This document shows positions 1-30,700 of a DNA stretch of 64,000 nucleotides, piece after piece. The notes beneath the pieces are model-generated. The model made no database searches. It was given only the letters and a program-made list of their open reading frames with translations, and had not been told where the DNA came from. Source of the stretch: Tubiluchus corallicola (taxonomy: Eukaryota > Animalia > Priapulida); NCBI GenBank assembly GCA_030141605.1, contig JAQGDQ010000086.1, positions 367,418 to 431,417 on the forward strand, read 5' to 3'. The translations under genes were made by a program, and so were the position numbers. The stretch's first letter is position 1. Every line of letters begins with the position of its first letter.

Positions 1-18589
<18,589 letters not shown>

Positions 18590-20370
18590 ATGGGACGTGG
18601 ATTGTAAAGTTTAATGCTTGATCAAACTCTGTCTTTGCAGCTATAGCTACGTATATTATTTTTAGGTTGTGTATATGAAACTCAAGCTGTTGTACTCTGT
18701 GGTCATTCATCATGCAATAATTTGATCACTTTTTTCTAAATTATAGTTCTATAATTACATTGTAAACTGTAATTTCTGCTCAAATTTGTAAATGTAAGTC
18801 AAGTTGTAGCACGAGTGCCACATTTTATTTCTCGTAGAAAAATAGTTTACTGCAGTGCAGACATGTATTTTTAAGCAGTACATTAAAAACACTAGTTTGC
18901 CAAAGGTGATCATTTTCAACACTTTTAAAGCCTTACAAACAAATTTATAATTATAATTTATAATAGTGAGATCAGTATATGGGGAAGGCAAAAACACCTA
19001 CCGTTTGAAGTGAAGAATTTAAATATTGGTGAAGGATCTGTGTTTTTATAGTGATACTTATCGGGAACTGTACATTTAATACAAAGAACAGAGCAATTTA
19101 ATACTGGCCAAGCCATTATTAATCTGCTTTTAGGTGTTTGTGTTATGTCCTGTATCTAAAAATTGTAACCAGTACATTGATTGTATTAAATAATCATGCT
19201 GAATGAACCTGATTATAGCATAGCAAGCTTAATGTTGTCTACATAAACTGATACACTCTGCATTAAAGAAACTCAGCATGCTTTCCTGGACATTTTTCAA
19301 ATTATTTGTATCAGTAAATACGTTAAATCACCTATATAGGCGTGGTACATCTATAAAAATATGACCTAGCTGTTTGTGATTTTCCCAGTGATTAAGTTTT
19401 ACTTGTGTATGTCTGCTATTAATAATTTGTGATGTATCTGAAAATGGTTATGACTGCTAAAGATATTTATATCGGTATAATTATAGGGATGTAATGAAAA
19501 TATTTATATAATTATTATTTGAATAATAATAATAATAATGTTGATACAGAAATTTTGTTTTGGCAGCTAATGACTTGATGACTAGTAGAACCGTAGTGGA
19601 AATAAGATCAATATGATTCTTTCATCATTTTGCTTTAATTTACTTTTTAAGTGAATCTGCTCAGTTCTGATTTTCTGTGTTAACTTGTATCCAGCGTTGG
19701 AATAATTAAGTCTACATACAAAGTAGCTACTTAGCTCATATTTCATTTAATATATAGGAATTTGTTTGATCCCCAGTTGTAACTTAAATGCAGTTTTTGC
19801 TCTTAAAGTACATATGCTGATCTAGAAATAGCTAGGCGTCGATATGGCCACACATCTTAGGACAATTTGTGAGCACCTGAACAATAATGTATGTACAAAG
19901 CTTTGATGTTACTAAAAAAGTTAACCATGTCTTCTGCTAAACTGTTACTTCGTGAAAACTATAGATCACATAAAAGTTTATATATCTAGAAAACTCGAGA
20001 GTCTACTTTCCTTGCACATTTTATGATGTTTACATGAAACATTAAGATCGCACCTATAGGAATTTAAAAAAAAATTGCAAATTGCCTGAACACTGGTGTT
20101 TATATGGGATCATATAATAAGCGAATCATTTGGTGGACAGAACTGCTCATGATTCAACTGCTTTATGTGGTATGTAGTTTGAAATTCAATTTGTAAAGCT
20201 GTATTTTTATATGTAGTGGTGACAAAATCATTTATACTGCATTACTCTGCAATGCCAGACACACAATCACACCTTCTGACGTGAACATGCACTCAATTTA
20301 TCACACCTTTTGATGTGTACATGAACTAATATTATGGTATAATTTAGTCAGAAACTGTGCAAACAAAGCT

Positions 20371-22863
20371 TCATTTGTTCTCAGCTACCATTCTCATACA
20401 CTGCCATGTGTAATCAACAAACATTGCCTGCTGAGTAAGTTTGTCAAGCCTTTGAAAATGTTTTTCAGAGTAGGGCAACAGCGCTTCAACTACAGATTTC
20501 ATATTTGGCATCTGCATTAGTTCATCAGTACTTAAAGTTGACAGTAGAATTGCTAAAACAGTCTGTGCTACGTTACAGTGCCTGCTGTTTGTATTCCATT
20601 CAACACTAAATCTCAGTAAGGCATCCATTTGGTCCATTCTCAGTTTCTTCACTATTTCTGCCAACTGTACCTTACCATCCTTTTGGTTCAAAATATCTTT
20701 CATTATTGTTAGCACTTGAAATGGCTGTTCCAAAGATATAGCAAGCCCGATCGCTTTGGAATATTTCTTTTCACGGAGAAGATTTGAAAGCCTTTGCTTT
20801 TGCTGTATAAGATCATCTTGCTTGGCTTGTAGCTCAACAGCTGCAGATTCGGTAACATCTTCCCAAACAATAATATTGGAGTCGTCTGCTCCAGTGACAA
20901 TAACTGATTCACCTTTACAGACACATATTGACCACAGCTTACCATCATGTTCATCAAATGTTTTAGTGCACTCATTGTATTTGATTGTCCAAAGCTTTAG
21001 CAAACCATCAGACCCAGAAGAAAGTAATTGCATTCCTTTGCTAATGAAGTGCACTTTAAGAACAGAAGCCTCGTGGCCTTCAAATGTCTTAACACACGAA
21101 AAATCAGACAATGCCCAGATTTTGACAGTACCGTCACCTGATCCTGTTGCAACAACTTGATCTACACTAGAGAAACACACTGACCAAATGCCACGGCGAT
21201 GACCATTACACACTCCAAGAAGAGAACCATCACTGCCAGCCCAGATTTTAGCAGTTTTATCATGTGAACCAGTTGCGATGAGTTTATCATTCGGTGAAAC
21301 TGCGACGGAGTTGATCATTTTTTCATGGGCGCGAACTGTGACGTGAGCATGTAACTGCTGAACTGTGCTTCCAAAACTAGTGGGAAGCTTCCAGATCTTG
21401 TACGTGTTATCCTCGCTTCCAGAAACAACAAAATTTGTTGCTAACTTAGAACTAGCTACACAGTTGATGGCATGTGTATGGCCATACCCTATTGCAACAC
21501 AAGTAATCTGACATGTGGAAGTGATATCAAGTACCTGCCAAACTCGTATGGTATTGTCTTTAGATGAGCTTACAAGTATAGAGCGGCTTTTAAAAACATC
21601 TAACGATAAAACCACATCCATGTGACCCTTTAAGAGATGAGAACTAAATGTGCTTAGTTCCACAATCTTGATGTGTGGGCTATTTGTCGCCACTGCTATA
21701 TGGCTTTCGCTCTCACCTAAAAATTTTACATCTAAAATGTCATCATTAAACCCAATAAACTGTTTGGATTGTTGCATGTTTTCAATCTTATAAGCTGTTA
21801 TGGTATGGTCAAAAGAAACAGCTATCAATAAAGATAATTGGCTATTATAAAATAACTGTGTCACAGACTGTGGTGCGGCTTCAGAATCCTTTTCTTTTGC
21901 TATCTGGTTATTTTCTAAATGTTCATCTTTTGTCTGGCTAAACACACAAGTTGAATGGACAGAGTTCCAAACTTTCAAGACACCTTTTTCACCAGCAGTT
22001 ATGAAATGAATATCATTGTTTGCTTCTGGTATATTTAATTCTTTAAATGTTTTATTCTTTTGCAGTAACACAATTCCTTCAAGACTCTCATATATAGGAA
22101 TGGTCTTCAGAGACACGAATGATTGCAAATCCCATAAAATAACCACTTTATCTCGAGAACAACTTAATAAGGTATTACCATCATCACTAAACTCCATACC
22201 AGTTGGTGAAGAAAAATGTCCTTCCAAAGTGGTTCTTGACTTGCTCTCTTTCAAATCCCACACATGTATTTTACCATCTGCAGCACCTGTCAGCAATAAC
22301 AAGCGAGTAATATCGGGATGGAATTTTGCTATTCCAACAACTCCTTGATGATTTTTAAAATTGTGTGTACAATATTGTTTCTGAAGATCCCAAACCTTTA
22401 CAGTACTGTCAGCACTTCCTGTAGCTAACAGGGTAGATGTGATATCAAAACACATGCATAAAACTGGCGCGGTATGAATTGCTCTCCAGCTGCGCATACA
22501 TGACGCGTCTTGCCATTTCCACTGCTTCAGCAAAAGATTCTTTGTGGCAATTACAAGATGTTTATCATCTGGAGTAAGGCCAAAACAAGTAACATCAGCT
22601 TCATCGTCGTCGCCTATGGTATTTACAATTTCACCACTGTGAAATTGAAGTACTTTTATCTTATTTCCGCACGTGGTAAATAATACATCACCCTTACTGT
22701 CAATTATAACGCGCCCACCTGTATAAAAAGCTCCGTATTTTCTTTTAACCACAAAATTCTCTTTCAAAACAGGTTTCAGTGTGCTTGCAAAGGAAGCAGC
22801 CATATCTGCAAAAGTGGTCGCAATAAAGAATACAAGCGGAAATGTGAAAGTGTCGCTTTGCAT
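20371..22863 (-). CDS. TBL3: Transducin beta-like protein 3 / UTP13 (WD40 repeats + Utp13 C-terminal domain), single exon
   Basis: 830-aa uninterrupted ORF (alternative start MAASF at 22803). LKxNF...FYTGG N-terminus, many WD repeats (GHRRGIWSVCFS, GHEASVLKV) and Utp13 motifs WNTNSRHC and LLPYSEKHFQRL. Confidence 0.96.
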   Translation of the reverse strand: MQSDTFTFPLVFFIATTFADMAASFASTLKPVLKENFVVKRKYGAFYTGGRVIIDSKGDVLFTTCGNKIKVLQFHSGEIVNTIGDDDEADVTCFGLTPDDKHLVIATKNLLLKQWKWQDASCMRSWRAIHTAPVLCMCFDITSTLLATGSADSTVKVWDLQKQYCTHNFKNHQGVVGIAKFHPDITRLLLLTGAADGKIHVWDLKESKSRTTLEGHFSSPTGMEFSDDGNTLLSCSRDKVVILWDLQSFVSLKTIPIYESLEGIVLLQKNKTFKELNIPEANNDIHFITAGEKGVLKVWNSVHSTCVFSQTKDEHLENNQIAKEKDSEAAPQSVTQLFYNSQLSLLIAVSFDHTITAYKIENMQQSKQFIGFNDDILDVKFLGESESHIAVATNSPHIKIVELSTFSSHLLKGHMDVVLSLDVFKSRSILVSSSKDNTIRVWQVLDITSTCQITCVAIGYGHTHAINCVASSKLATNFVVSGSEDNTYKIWKLPTSFGSTVQQLHAHVTVRAHEKMINSVAVSPNDKLIATGSHDKTAKIWAGSDGSLLGVCNGHRRGIWSVCFSSVDQVVATGSGDGTVKIWALSDFSCVKTFEGHEASVLKVHFISKGMQLLSSGSDGLLKLWTIKYNECTKTFDEHDGKLWSICVCKGESVIVTGADDSNIIVWEDVTESAAVELQAKQDDLIQQKQRLSNLLREKKYSKAIGLAISLEQPFQVLTIMKDILNQKDGKVQLAEIVKKLRMDQMDALLRFSVEWNTNSRHCNVAQTVLAILLSTLSTDELMQMPNMKSVVEALLPYSEKHFQRLDKLTQQAMFVDYTWQCMRMVAENK

Positions 22864-23049
22864 TCAGGCTCGTTTTATTTATATTATTGCTGTTCAACGA
22901 TTCAGTGGCTCCGCCTCACCTTTTCCAAGATGAGCACCAACCTATTTAGTGTGCAAGAGCAGATTATTTTCTTCTGACGTCATTATATGGTCATTCCCAG
23001 TTCTGCATGCGAGTGTCACCTCACTTATCTTTGTAACAGCTATATATTT

Positions 23050-23340
23050 TCTTTGATTCCATAATTTCTCTAAATGCTTTTACTAATCATTGAAGGATAT
23101 ATATGTATGTTGTTTAGTCTCTATCCTTACATTATACTTACTTATTATTCTTTTCGACTTCTCACAACTTAATGCATGTTCTGTTGCATCTTCCTGAATC
23201 CTGCAGTTAGGATACAGTAAATCTTCCCATTTGTTTCCTTTGTAGTTGCATTTCAATTCTTTCACATTTAGTTAATTTCGTTATATTTATTATATCTGCA
23301 AGACCACACTCTCTGATATATCGGTGTTTCTCATATTTCT
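23050..23340 (-). mobile_element. Degraded 3' fragment of a non-LTR retrotransposon ORF2
   Basis: Translates ...ELKCNYKGNKWEDLLYPNCRIQEDATEHALSC, resembling the C-terminal CxxC...EHxxxC knuckle of LINE ORF2 proteins; frameshifted and truncated. Confidence 0.55.
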
Positions 23341-24541
23341 CACCATCAACCCATACTATTGGTGAGCGTAGGCCGCATAGCACCTAGATGATGTTATAGT
23401 TTCTGGTAAACGACAATGAACTGAAATAAGTGTGTCAGTTCTTTAGGCACGCACGCAACTCAAACCGCAAAAATGAAGATATGGATAATTATCATAAAAA
23501 TTATGATACTTAGCAGCTTATCAATAAATTAGTATATACGATTACGCAAGTGTACGACAGATTAAGCTACTTAGTAGGCTAAGTTGGAGTGCCTGTAAAG
23601 GGCACGTTTTCCTTAATTTTATCAAATTAAATCACTTTTTAAAATTTATAGATATTTTTCATTATAATATTCATTCAAATAGCGATTTGAATAGTTATGT
23701 TGTTTCAATATAGAATATGAATCAAATAGTTGATTCAAATAATGATTCGATTTGAATAGAAAAGTACCTAATTTGTAATCATTTAATTATGTCTGTGCTC
23801 ATACAGTAGTAGAAAATCATAGGCCTTATACGACCTATTTTGAATGGTGTGGTCCTGAAGGAGTTAATTATGCCAGATACTTATTTTTTCCGTTTTTTCT
23901 TAACTTAAAGCAACATACCCGTGATAGTTTATGAATGATAAAAATTGCTAATATTGACAGATATTGGTAGAGTTATTATTTTATCATCTTAATAATCATA
24001 CTGTTATTTATGAAGGCCTTCTTATCTTTTGTAAAAATAAAACAGCTTGCCACTGTCGCAGTTGTTGTAGTTCTTTACTTATCAAGCCTTTTCAAGATCA
24101 CTCTCTCTTAGTCGAGATGCTGATAGTTTGCCTATAGGTTACATTATTTTCGCCTTTTTGCTGGCTTTGATATTTTTGCTTATAGAAAACGTCGACCAAG
24201 TAATCTTTTAAAACTGAATAATTTATTTGACTACTGCAATTGTGATAAGTATAATTTTATTATTTTCGTTAATACTGTATGATGTTATACAAATAGAAGG
24301 ACCCCGACGTCAACGTTTTGTGTTAAACTAATCAGTCACTTAGCGGCCATTTTAAATTGTCGAACTTTTTCAAGGTCGAGCTTTTTTGGTTGCCTCGTTC
24401 ACACTGTAGTGCTAAAACAATAACATAAATTTTTAATCATAAAAATTCAGGTGTCAGGCTCAACTACATAAGCGATTACAGGACGTGAAATTATCAATCC
24501 ATCCCGACGTGTAAATGATGATAATGGCGTTTATACGTTGA

Positions 24542-24706
24542 CTAGTAAAATTGCAAAAGATTTGACGCCGCGTTCCGTAATTGAACCGCACTTTCAGACA
24601 GTTGAAGACACAATTCATTCCTCAGTTTCCAGACAGTTTCTCCGACTTGTACAGAAAGGCTGTCATTGGGCATTAAACGAAGAACTGTACCCACTTTTCC
24701 GACAAT
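24542..24706 (-). CDS. MIB2: MIB2-like terminal exon, Mib repeat 3 (C-half) and stop
   Basis: TTTTCTTAG acceptor; IVGKVGTVLRLMPNDSLSVQVGETVWKL...LLQFY*. Confidence 0.8.
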   Translation of the reverse strand: MVGKVGTVLRLMPNDSLSVQVGETVWKLRNELCLQLSESAVQLRNAASNLLQFY

Positions 24707-27700
24707 CTAAGAAAAGTAAGGTTAAAAAGATTACGTTGCAAAGCACACCAATTAAATAAAAGCGCCCAGATGAGTAGTTGCACGACAACTGGTTGACTTA
24801 TTAACAGTTTTCCTTTGTTACGTAGTACTTGCAAAACGTTCGAAGTTATTTTAATGTTGATCATTGTGATTTTCATGTGCATTCGTTTGAAATAATGCTA
24901 CTATAATTTACCATTTTCATAGATTCGGTCCAGATGCCATTTTTCGCTTGAACGCTTCTTACTGTTTCTAAATTGTCACAAATGTGTACCATGTCGCCTA
25001 CTTGTAGCATCTAGGAATAAACAAGGTATTGTTTGTTTAAGAGTCTAATAGAGTCAGTAACAGAGTATATTACGCCAATAATATAATATATATTTGTGAT
25101 TTTACGTATGACGTTGAATGTCTGACTCAAGGTTGTTAAAAGCCAAAAGTATATAGACGGATAAGTCAAACTACATGACATATGTGAATGAAATTAACCC
25201 GAATTTGGTGCAGGCCATTTGGAGGGTATTTCATAATCGCTTTCACAATGCGTTTGTCAGCCGACAGGTTACGGAAAGAAATAGGCTGGTGATCTCAGTC
25301 CGCCCCGGGAAGCCAGATTATAGATACCTGGTAACTTAGTAACATGCAGACTGAATCTTGTAGGATTTGGTGCTGTTGTTATAAACAACTTGTTGATTGG
25401 GACTGAGCCAGAAACCAGAGACTTGAATTTTGCATCTCTGGTAGACAAAATTATTCAACTGCAATGCTATACGAATTATATCGTGTAATCTTTTGTATGT
25501 TAAACGCAGCAGAGGCTGATTTGAATGCAACTTTTTAAATTGTGTAATAATTATTTTTTTGCTAGAAGTATGTTGTATTATTGTCTACAACTTTTTGTTT
25601 TGTTTTTTCAATATTGCCTAGAGTAGTGTTGGATTGTAATCTTCATGTACTTTAACTCACTGTAAAATCGTTTATTAAAATTTTATTATATAATTATATT
25701 ATATTATGAAATAAAATAATTAATTAACCAGCTACACATTCACAACAGCGATAAAAACATGTTCTAATGCCATTCAATACCAGTGTGAACATTAAAACGG
25801 TAGGCTAAAACTCGTAAATACGGCAGTTGTAATAGCGATGAAGCCAGTTATGGCAGCAACTGTAGCAGAAACAGCGTCAACAATAGCAAAAGTAGCAGCA
25901 GCAGCAGCTTGAGCGACTATCAATATCATCAACGTCACAATTTCGCATTGTGTGTGTTTAGCAGTAACGATGCAGTACCAATAGTACCAACAGTGACGGC
26001 AGTGGCGCTGTTGCTATTACAGTGCAGCAGCACGTTACATTACACGTTTGCATTTACCTTCACAAAATTACTTTTTCAACAAAAAACTACTTACTGTTTT
26101 TTTATGTTTAACTTTTAATACTGAGTTTTGATCTACCATGGTCATAAAACTGTAGTTTCTTCGGAACTTGAGTGCATCTTGTTGCGTTGCTGGAAATATT
26201 GACAATAAGTCATCAAATTGATGATATTTTGGTATTCTTGTCAACAGGCAAGTCAACCATACCAAACAATAGCCAGGAAAACATATTAAACAGTTTTTAT
26301 AATGTAAGTAAAACAAAACATAAAAAACTATATTTTTTCTTTCTTTCTTTGGAGAATTTGAACTTTTTTAAGCCGCATTGAAATCTTCAAATATTGCACT
26401 GTTTATTTTAAATTTGGCATTATTCAGAATATATGCATCTAATTTCATGGAAAAATTATTCTAAGTTGAAGGGAAATAAATTTTTCAAGACTTTTTTAAG
26501 AATTTAAAGAAGGGGTTTGCCTTTTTGTGTCCACCTGTTAAATTTTTACTAAGTGATTTCGGTGACGAAGATGTTGGAACTTCATGGCAGTACTGGGTAG
26601 AATGAAGCTGGTACTTGATGGGATGAGTACCATAATGATAGTGATTGTAATGGCACACATAGTTGCACACCTGACCCGTGATGAAAGGCATAACAGTGAT
26701 AATGGGAATTGTGATGAACACGCTGACGTGTAGAGATTGACAGTGACACCGTGTTGGTGTTGCAAAACCTGTTTCTCCATAATAACGGCAATGACAATGA
26801 CACAGTAGTGGTGATGTGAATTGCCTGTCCCTATTAATGACACAGTGTTGTTGTTGTGAAATTTACCTCTCTCTAATAGTGACAGTGATAATGACACAGT
26901 GTTGGTGTTGTGAAACCTGACTCTGCCTAATGATGACAGTGACAATGACACAGTGTTGGTGCTGTGAAACCTGACTTTACCTAATAATGACAGTGACAAT
27001 GACGTAGTATTGATGTTGTGAAGCCTGCCTCTCCCTAATGACACATTATTGGTGTCGTGAAACCTGCCTCCGCCTACTAATAAAGTGATAAATGATAAAT
27101 GTTGATCAAACGCCCGTATTGATTCATGTTTTTTGCTAACACTAAGACTGGGTTACCTAATTCTTCCCACTGTGGCAATGCGGCTGGATAAATCAAGCAA
27201 TCTGGATTAAAAGTCCAACTTCTTTTCCCAAATCTGACTTGAACGTCTCCATTCTTGTCTGTGCTTTGGATTTCAACCGTTTGTCCCAGTATCTTTAAGA
27301 GAAACAACATGTTAGCTTTGTGTAGGGCGTATTTTCACTGTTAACTATTTATTACCGTGTTTTAAACAACACAGGTTTGACATTTGGCGGCGTTTTTTGA
27401 ATCCACAATTGCGTCTAGTGCCTCATAGTACAACGTCTTAAACTTACTGATAAACCTTTGAGAAACTGACTTATCATAAAGTGAAAATGTCAACATTCCT
27501 GGGCAGGATATGCATGGACGGTGGCTCAAGCATTTACTTTCGTTGCTAACCTGTCGGTTTAACAAAGCTGTCACTAAGTTAACGATGTCGTTATTATATT
27601 CACTTACTTATTAACAACGACGTCGTTAAGTTAATGACGGCTTCCTGAAACTGGGACCTGTTTAATAACTACATTCTATACCACATTATACTGTATCGTA

Positions 27701-30700
27701 CCGTATGGCGCTGTGTCGCACCATACCGTACCGCATGGTATGGCAGTCACTATACCATGTCCTATCTTGCCGGCACTTACCTCTGACATACCATCCTGCC
27801 AGCCTCCATGACCATATTGTAATCTCCTAACCCTTTCTTCCCTGTTGATAACTAACACGATATCGTTTTCATCAAATATCTACAAATGAATGAGTTTGTG
27901 AATACATGGACATAATTACGTGGCATGCAGGTATGCCAGTGTGTTGTCATAAAATTAAAGTTTTTTATGAAGTTGATGTCGGTGGGATGGTGATATTTAC
28001 CGGTGTTAAGGCAGCTGGATTTATTGAGTAAGTCTTCCTTAGACCAGAAAATTCGACCCAGACGTTTCCTGTCTGATTTTGGGCCACCACTGTGCCTTTT
28101 CTCCCTAAAAAGTACCTCGTTTGCTCATACCATGCGCCATGTCCTCCCTGAAGCATTCTGAATACAACTGGGTGACTGATGCACTGAACTTTACTATAGT
28201 CAGTCAATATTCGTTCTCCAACTTCTTTACTAAGATGAACGCCTGAAATTAATAACTGAATTTCAACAAATCGCGAAACAAGTAATTAATTGCTTTGATG
28301 GGCGAAGGCGTGTACTAGCTCAATCATTGGGCTTTTTTGGTCTGTTACTTTGTTTGTTGTTGCCGTACATCAACTTTTCCGTAATTTGTAACGGTTGCTG
28401 AAAATTATGCTGCCTGTCTTCTTTGACACACGCGTTTCAAATAATTATGAAGAAATAATAGGAAAAGGAGGTGTTAACACAGTCAAGTTTTGAGTCTTTT
28501 TTTAACCACACATGTAGGCCTTGCATGAAACATAGGTATGTATGATAAACAGCTCCGTACATACATGATACATATTTTCAATGCACAAGAGTCACATTTC
28601 GTTAACAAACTTATCTCATTGTATTTATACAAACGCATTTTCTTTTTATAATGCATTTTAGCCTATGAAGTGCTTCATAAGTAAACCAATTTTAGTAAGA
28701 GTAAAAGTTAAAGTATTCCTAAGAGTAATTCTTATTATTGCAGTTTCAAACGTGACGTCTGTAATAATAGTTTTTAAGTTTAATCTACCCAGTATTGCTA
28801 GGTGGTCAGGATAGTAATTCCAACCAAACGTTGCCGTCTTGAATTTGAGATCCACTTTTCCTTGAAGACCTACTCGACTGCTGGAAATCTTGCCGGATGA
28901 CTTCCAAATTACCATTACCTTGCTGCGTGCGGTATGGATGTGGTACTTCTGGCTCTGAATAAAGTCGTGTGGTTCGATTGACTTTACAAGACCACCATCG
29001 GACGCTACAAATAATTAAGAACTGAAGTCTACTAAAAAAACTTGAATTCGACAGCCGCAACAATTTTCACTCTTGTTTTAATTTGTATTCTCCTATAATG
29101 GAAAGGAATTGCAGATAAAGTTCATCAATGCAGCTGTAACTAAGCTAAATCAAACCCTTCGTTATTTTTCGTCATATCTGGACCAATTATGCTTTGCACC
29201 GTTTGACAGAGAGAACATACAACAGAGCTTACTTTAGCTGGAAACTTGATATTTGTTATGTTTATTTTGTAGACCGATCTGAGCTGTCACACATTCTATA
29301 CTGCTGCCTTCGAAATCTAGTATTGTGCACTTTGATCTCTGTTTGCATATTGAACCATAAAGAGAATTGTGCAACTATGCGAATACAAAATGATTGTCTT
29401 ATATTCATAGTCTACTAATATGAAGTATTTTTTTGGTTTTAGTTAACAGTTAGTTAGTCTTATTGTCTTAGAGTCTTATTTAGAGCATATGTGGATTAAA
29501 TAGTTTGAAGTTAGAGATTTATAAATATTTTATTAATTTCAACTTTTATAGTTAATTGTTGTGAACTTATGCACTAAACTTTTTATTAGTAGAGAGCAGT
29601 ACTGTGTGGTTTTTTGTCGGGATTAGCATTTTGCATTTCGTAATGGTGACTTGTTGTAGTTATACGATGTAGTAGCTATTATACACGATTCTTTGCTACT
29701 AGATAGCAGCACTGCAAATGTTTAGACTTTAGATCATTCACGTTTGAGTTTTGACTGGGTTTTCACACCTCATTGCAGTTGTCTTTTTATTGTAGCTGTA
29801 CACTTTCATGCCCCGAAAGGTGTTTATGAAGTGAAATAAATTCGTGTTCGTAGATGTCTATGCAATTATTTAGAAAAAAAACAATATCCGGCGATATTTT
29901 ACCGTCGGAATAGTCGCCTTCCCAATCTAGACCAGGAACCACTCCTGCTCCTAGGAAAATTCCTTTTGCTCGGATAGTAGCACTGTTTCTTCTTCTGGGA
30001 ACTTGTACTCTGCATTTAAACAGCAAAGTAAACATTTATGTTAAAGTGCTGGCAATTTATGCAGTCTTCCTTTTTGTGCAAAGCTGGCGCTAATAGATAC
30101 TAGTGAAATCTTAACAGTCTATGAATACAATTAGGAGCATTAAAGTACACCTCCTGGTATGGGCGATCGGTGTCTCTTTTCTGCTAAAAAGATAATTTCT
30201 AACTTATGCGTTCTTCGAAAATGATACTGTTTGTGCTCTATATATGCATTTTTACCTCATGGCGTATTGATGATCAATTCTAAAAAATGCGTGGTCAACA
30301 AAGTGTTGATTTGACATATAGCACGGCGTACAAAGGTCGTAGTTCGGACATTCCACACAAGTCCATCTTGTACCTTTTACCCCTATTTCCTGACAAGCGG
30401 CGCAATTTACGCCAGTATGTTCGACACCTGGAAAATGACGTTTGATTTAATGGTATAGCGCAATTAAGAAAAATTAGTGCATTTAAAATTTTTTAACAAG
30501 ACGCAAGGAAATGCGCAAGTCATACCCGAGGCAATTGCACAGGTGTTGTGTGGTTTTGGGTTCCCAGTAGTTTGTTTTTCAACAAAACAGCATATTACAC
30601 GGTATCAGTTTGTCACTTTAAATGCCACTAAGGTGTATTATGTGTAAATAAAGCAATTTGAATTTGACTCGGTAGTAAGTTCAATTTCGTCATTATAGTT

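Noticed and set aside
24538-24759. Plus-strand 73-aa ORF
   Set aside because: Antisense shadow of the MIB2-like terminal exon.
26538-27044. 168-aa repetitive ORF (SLSLSLLG...FHNTNT)
   Set aside because: Translation of an intronic 54-bp tandem repeat; no suitable splice sites or homology.
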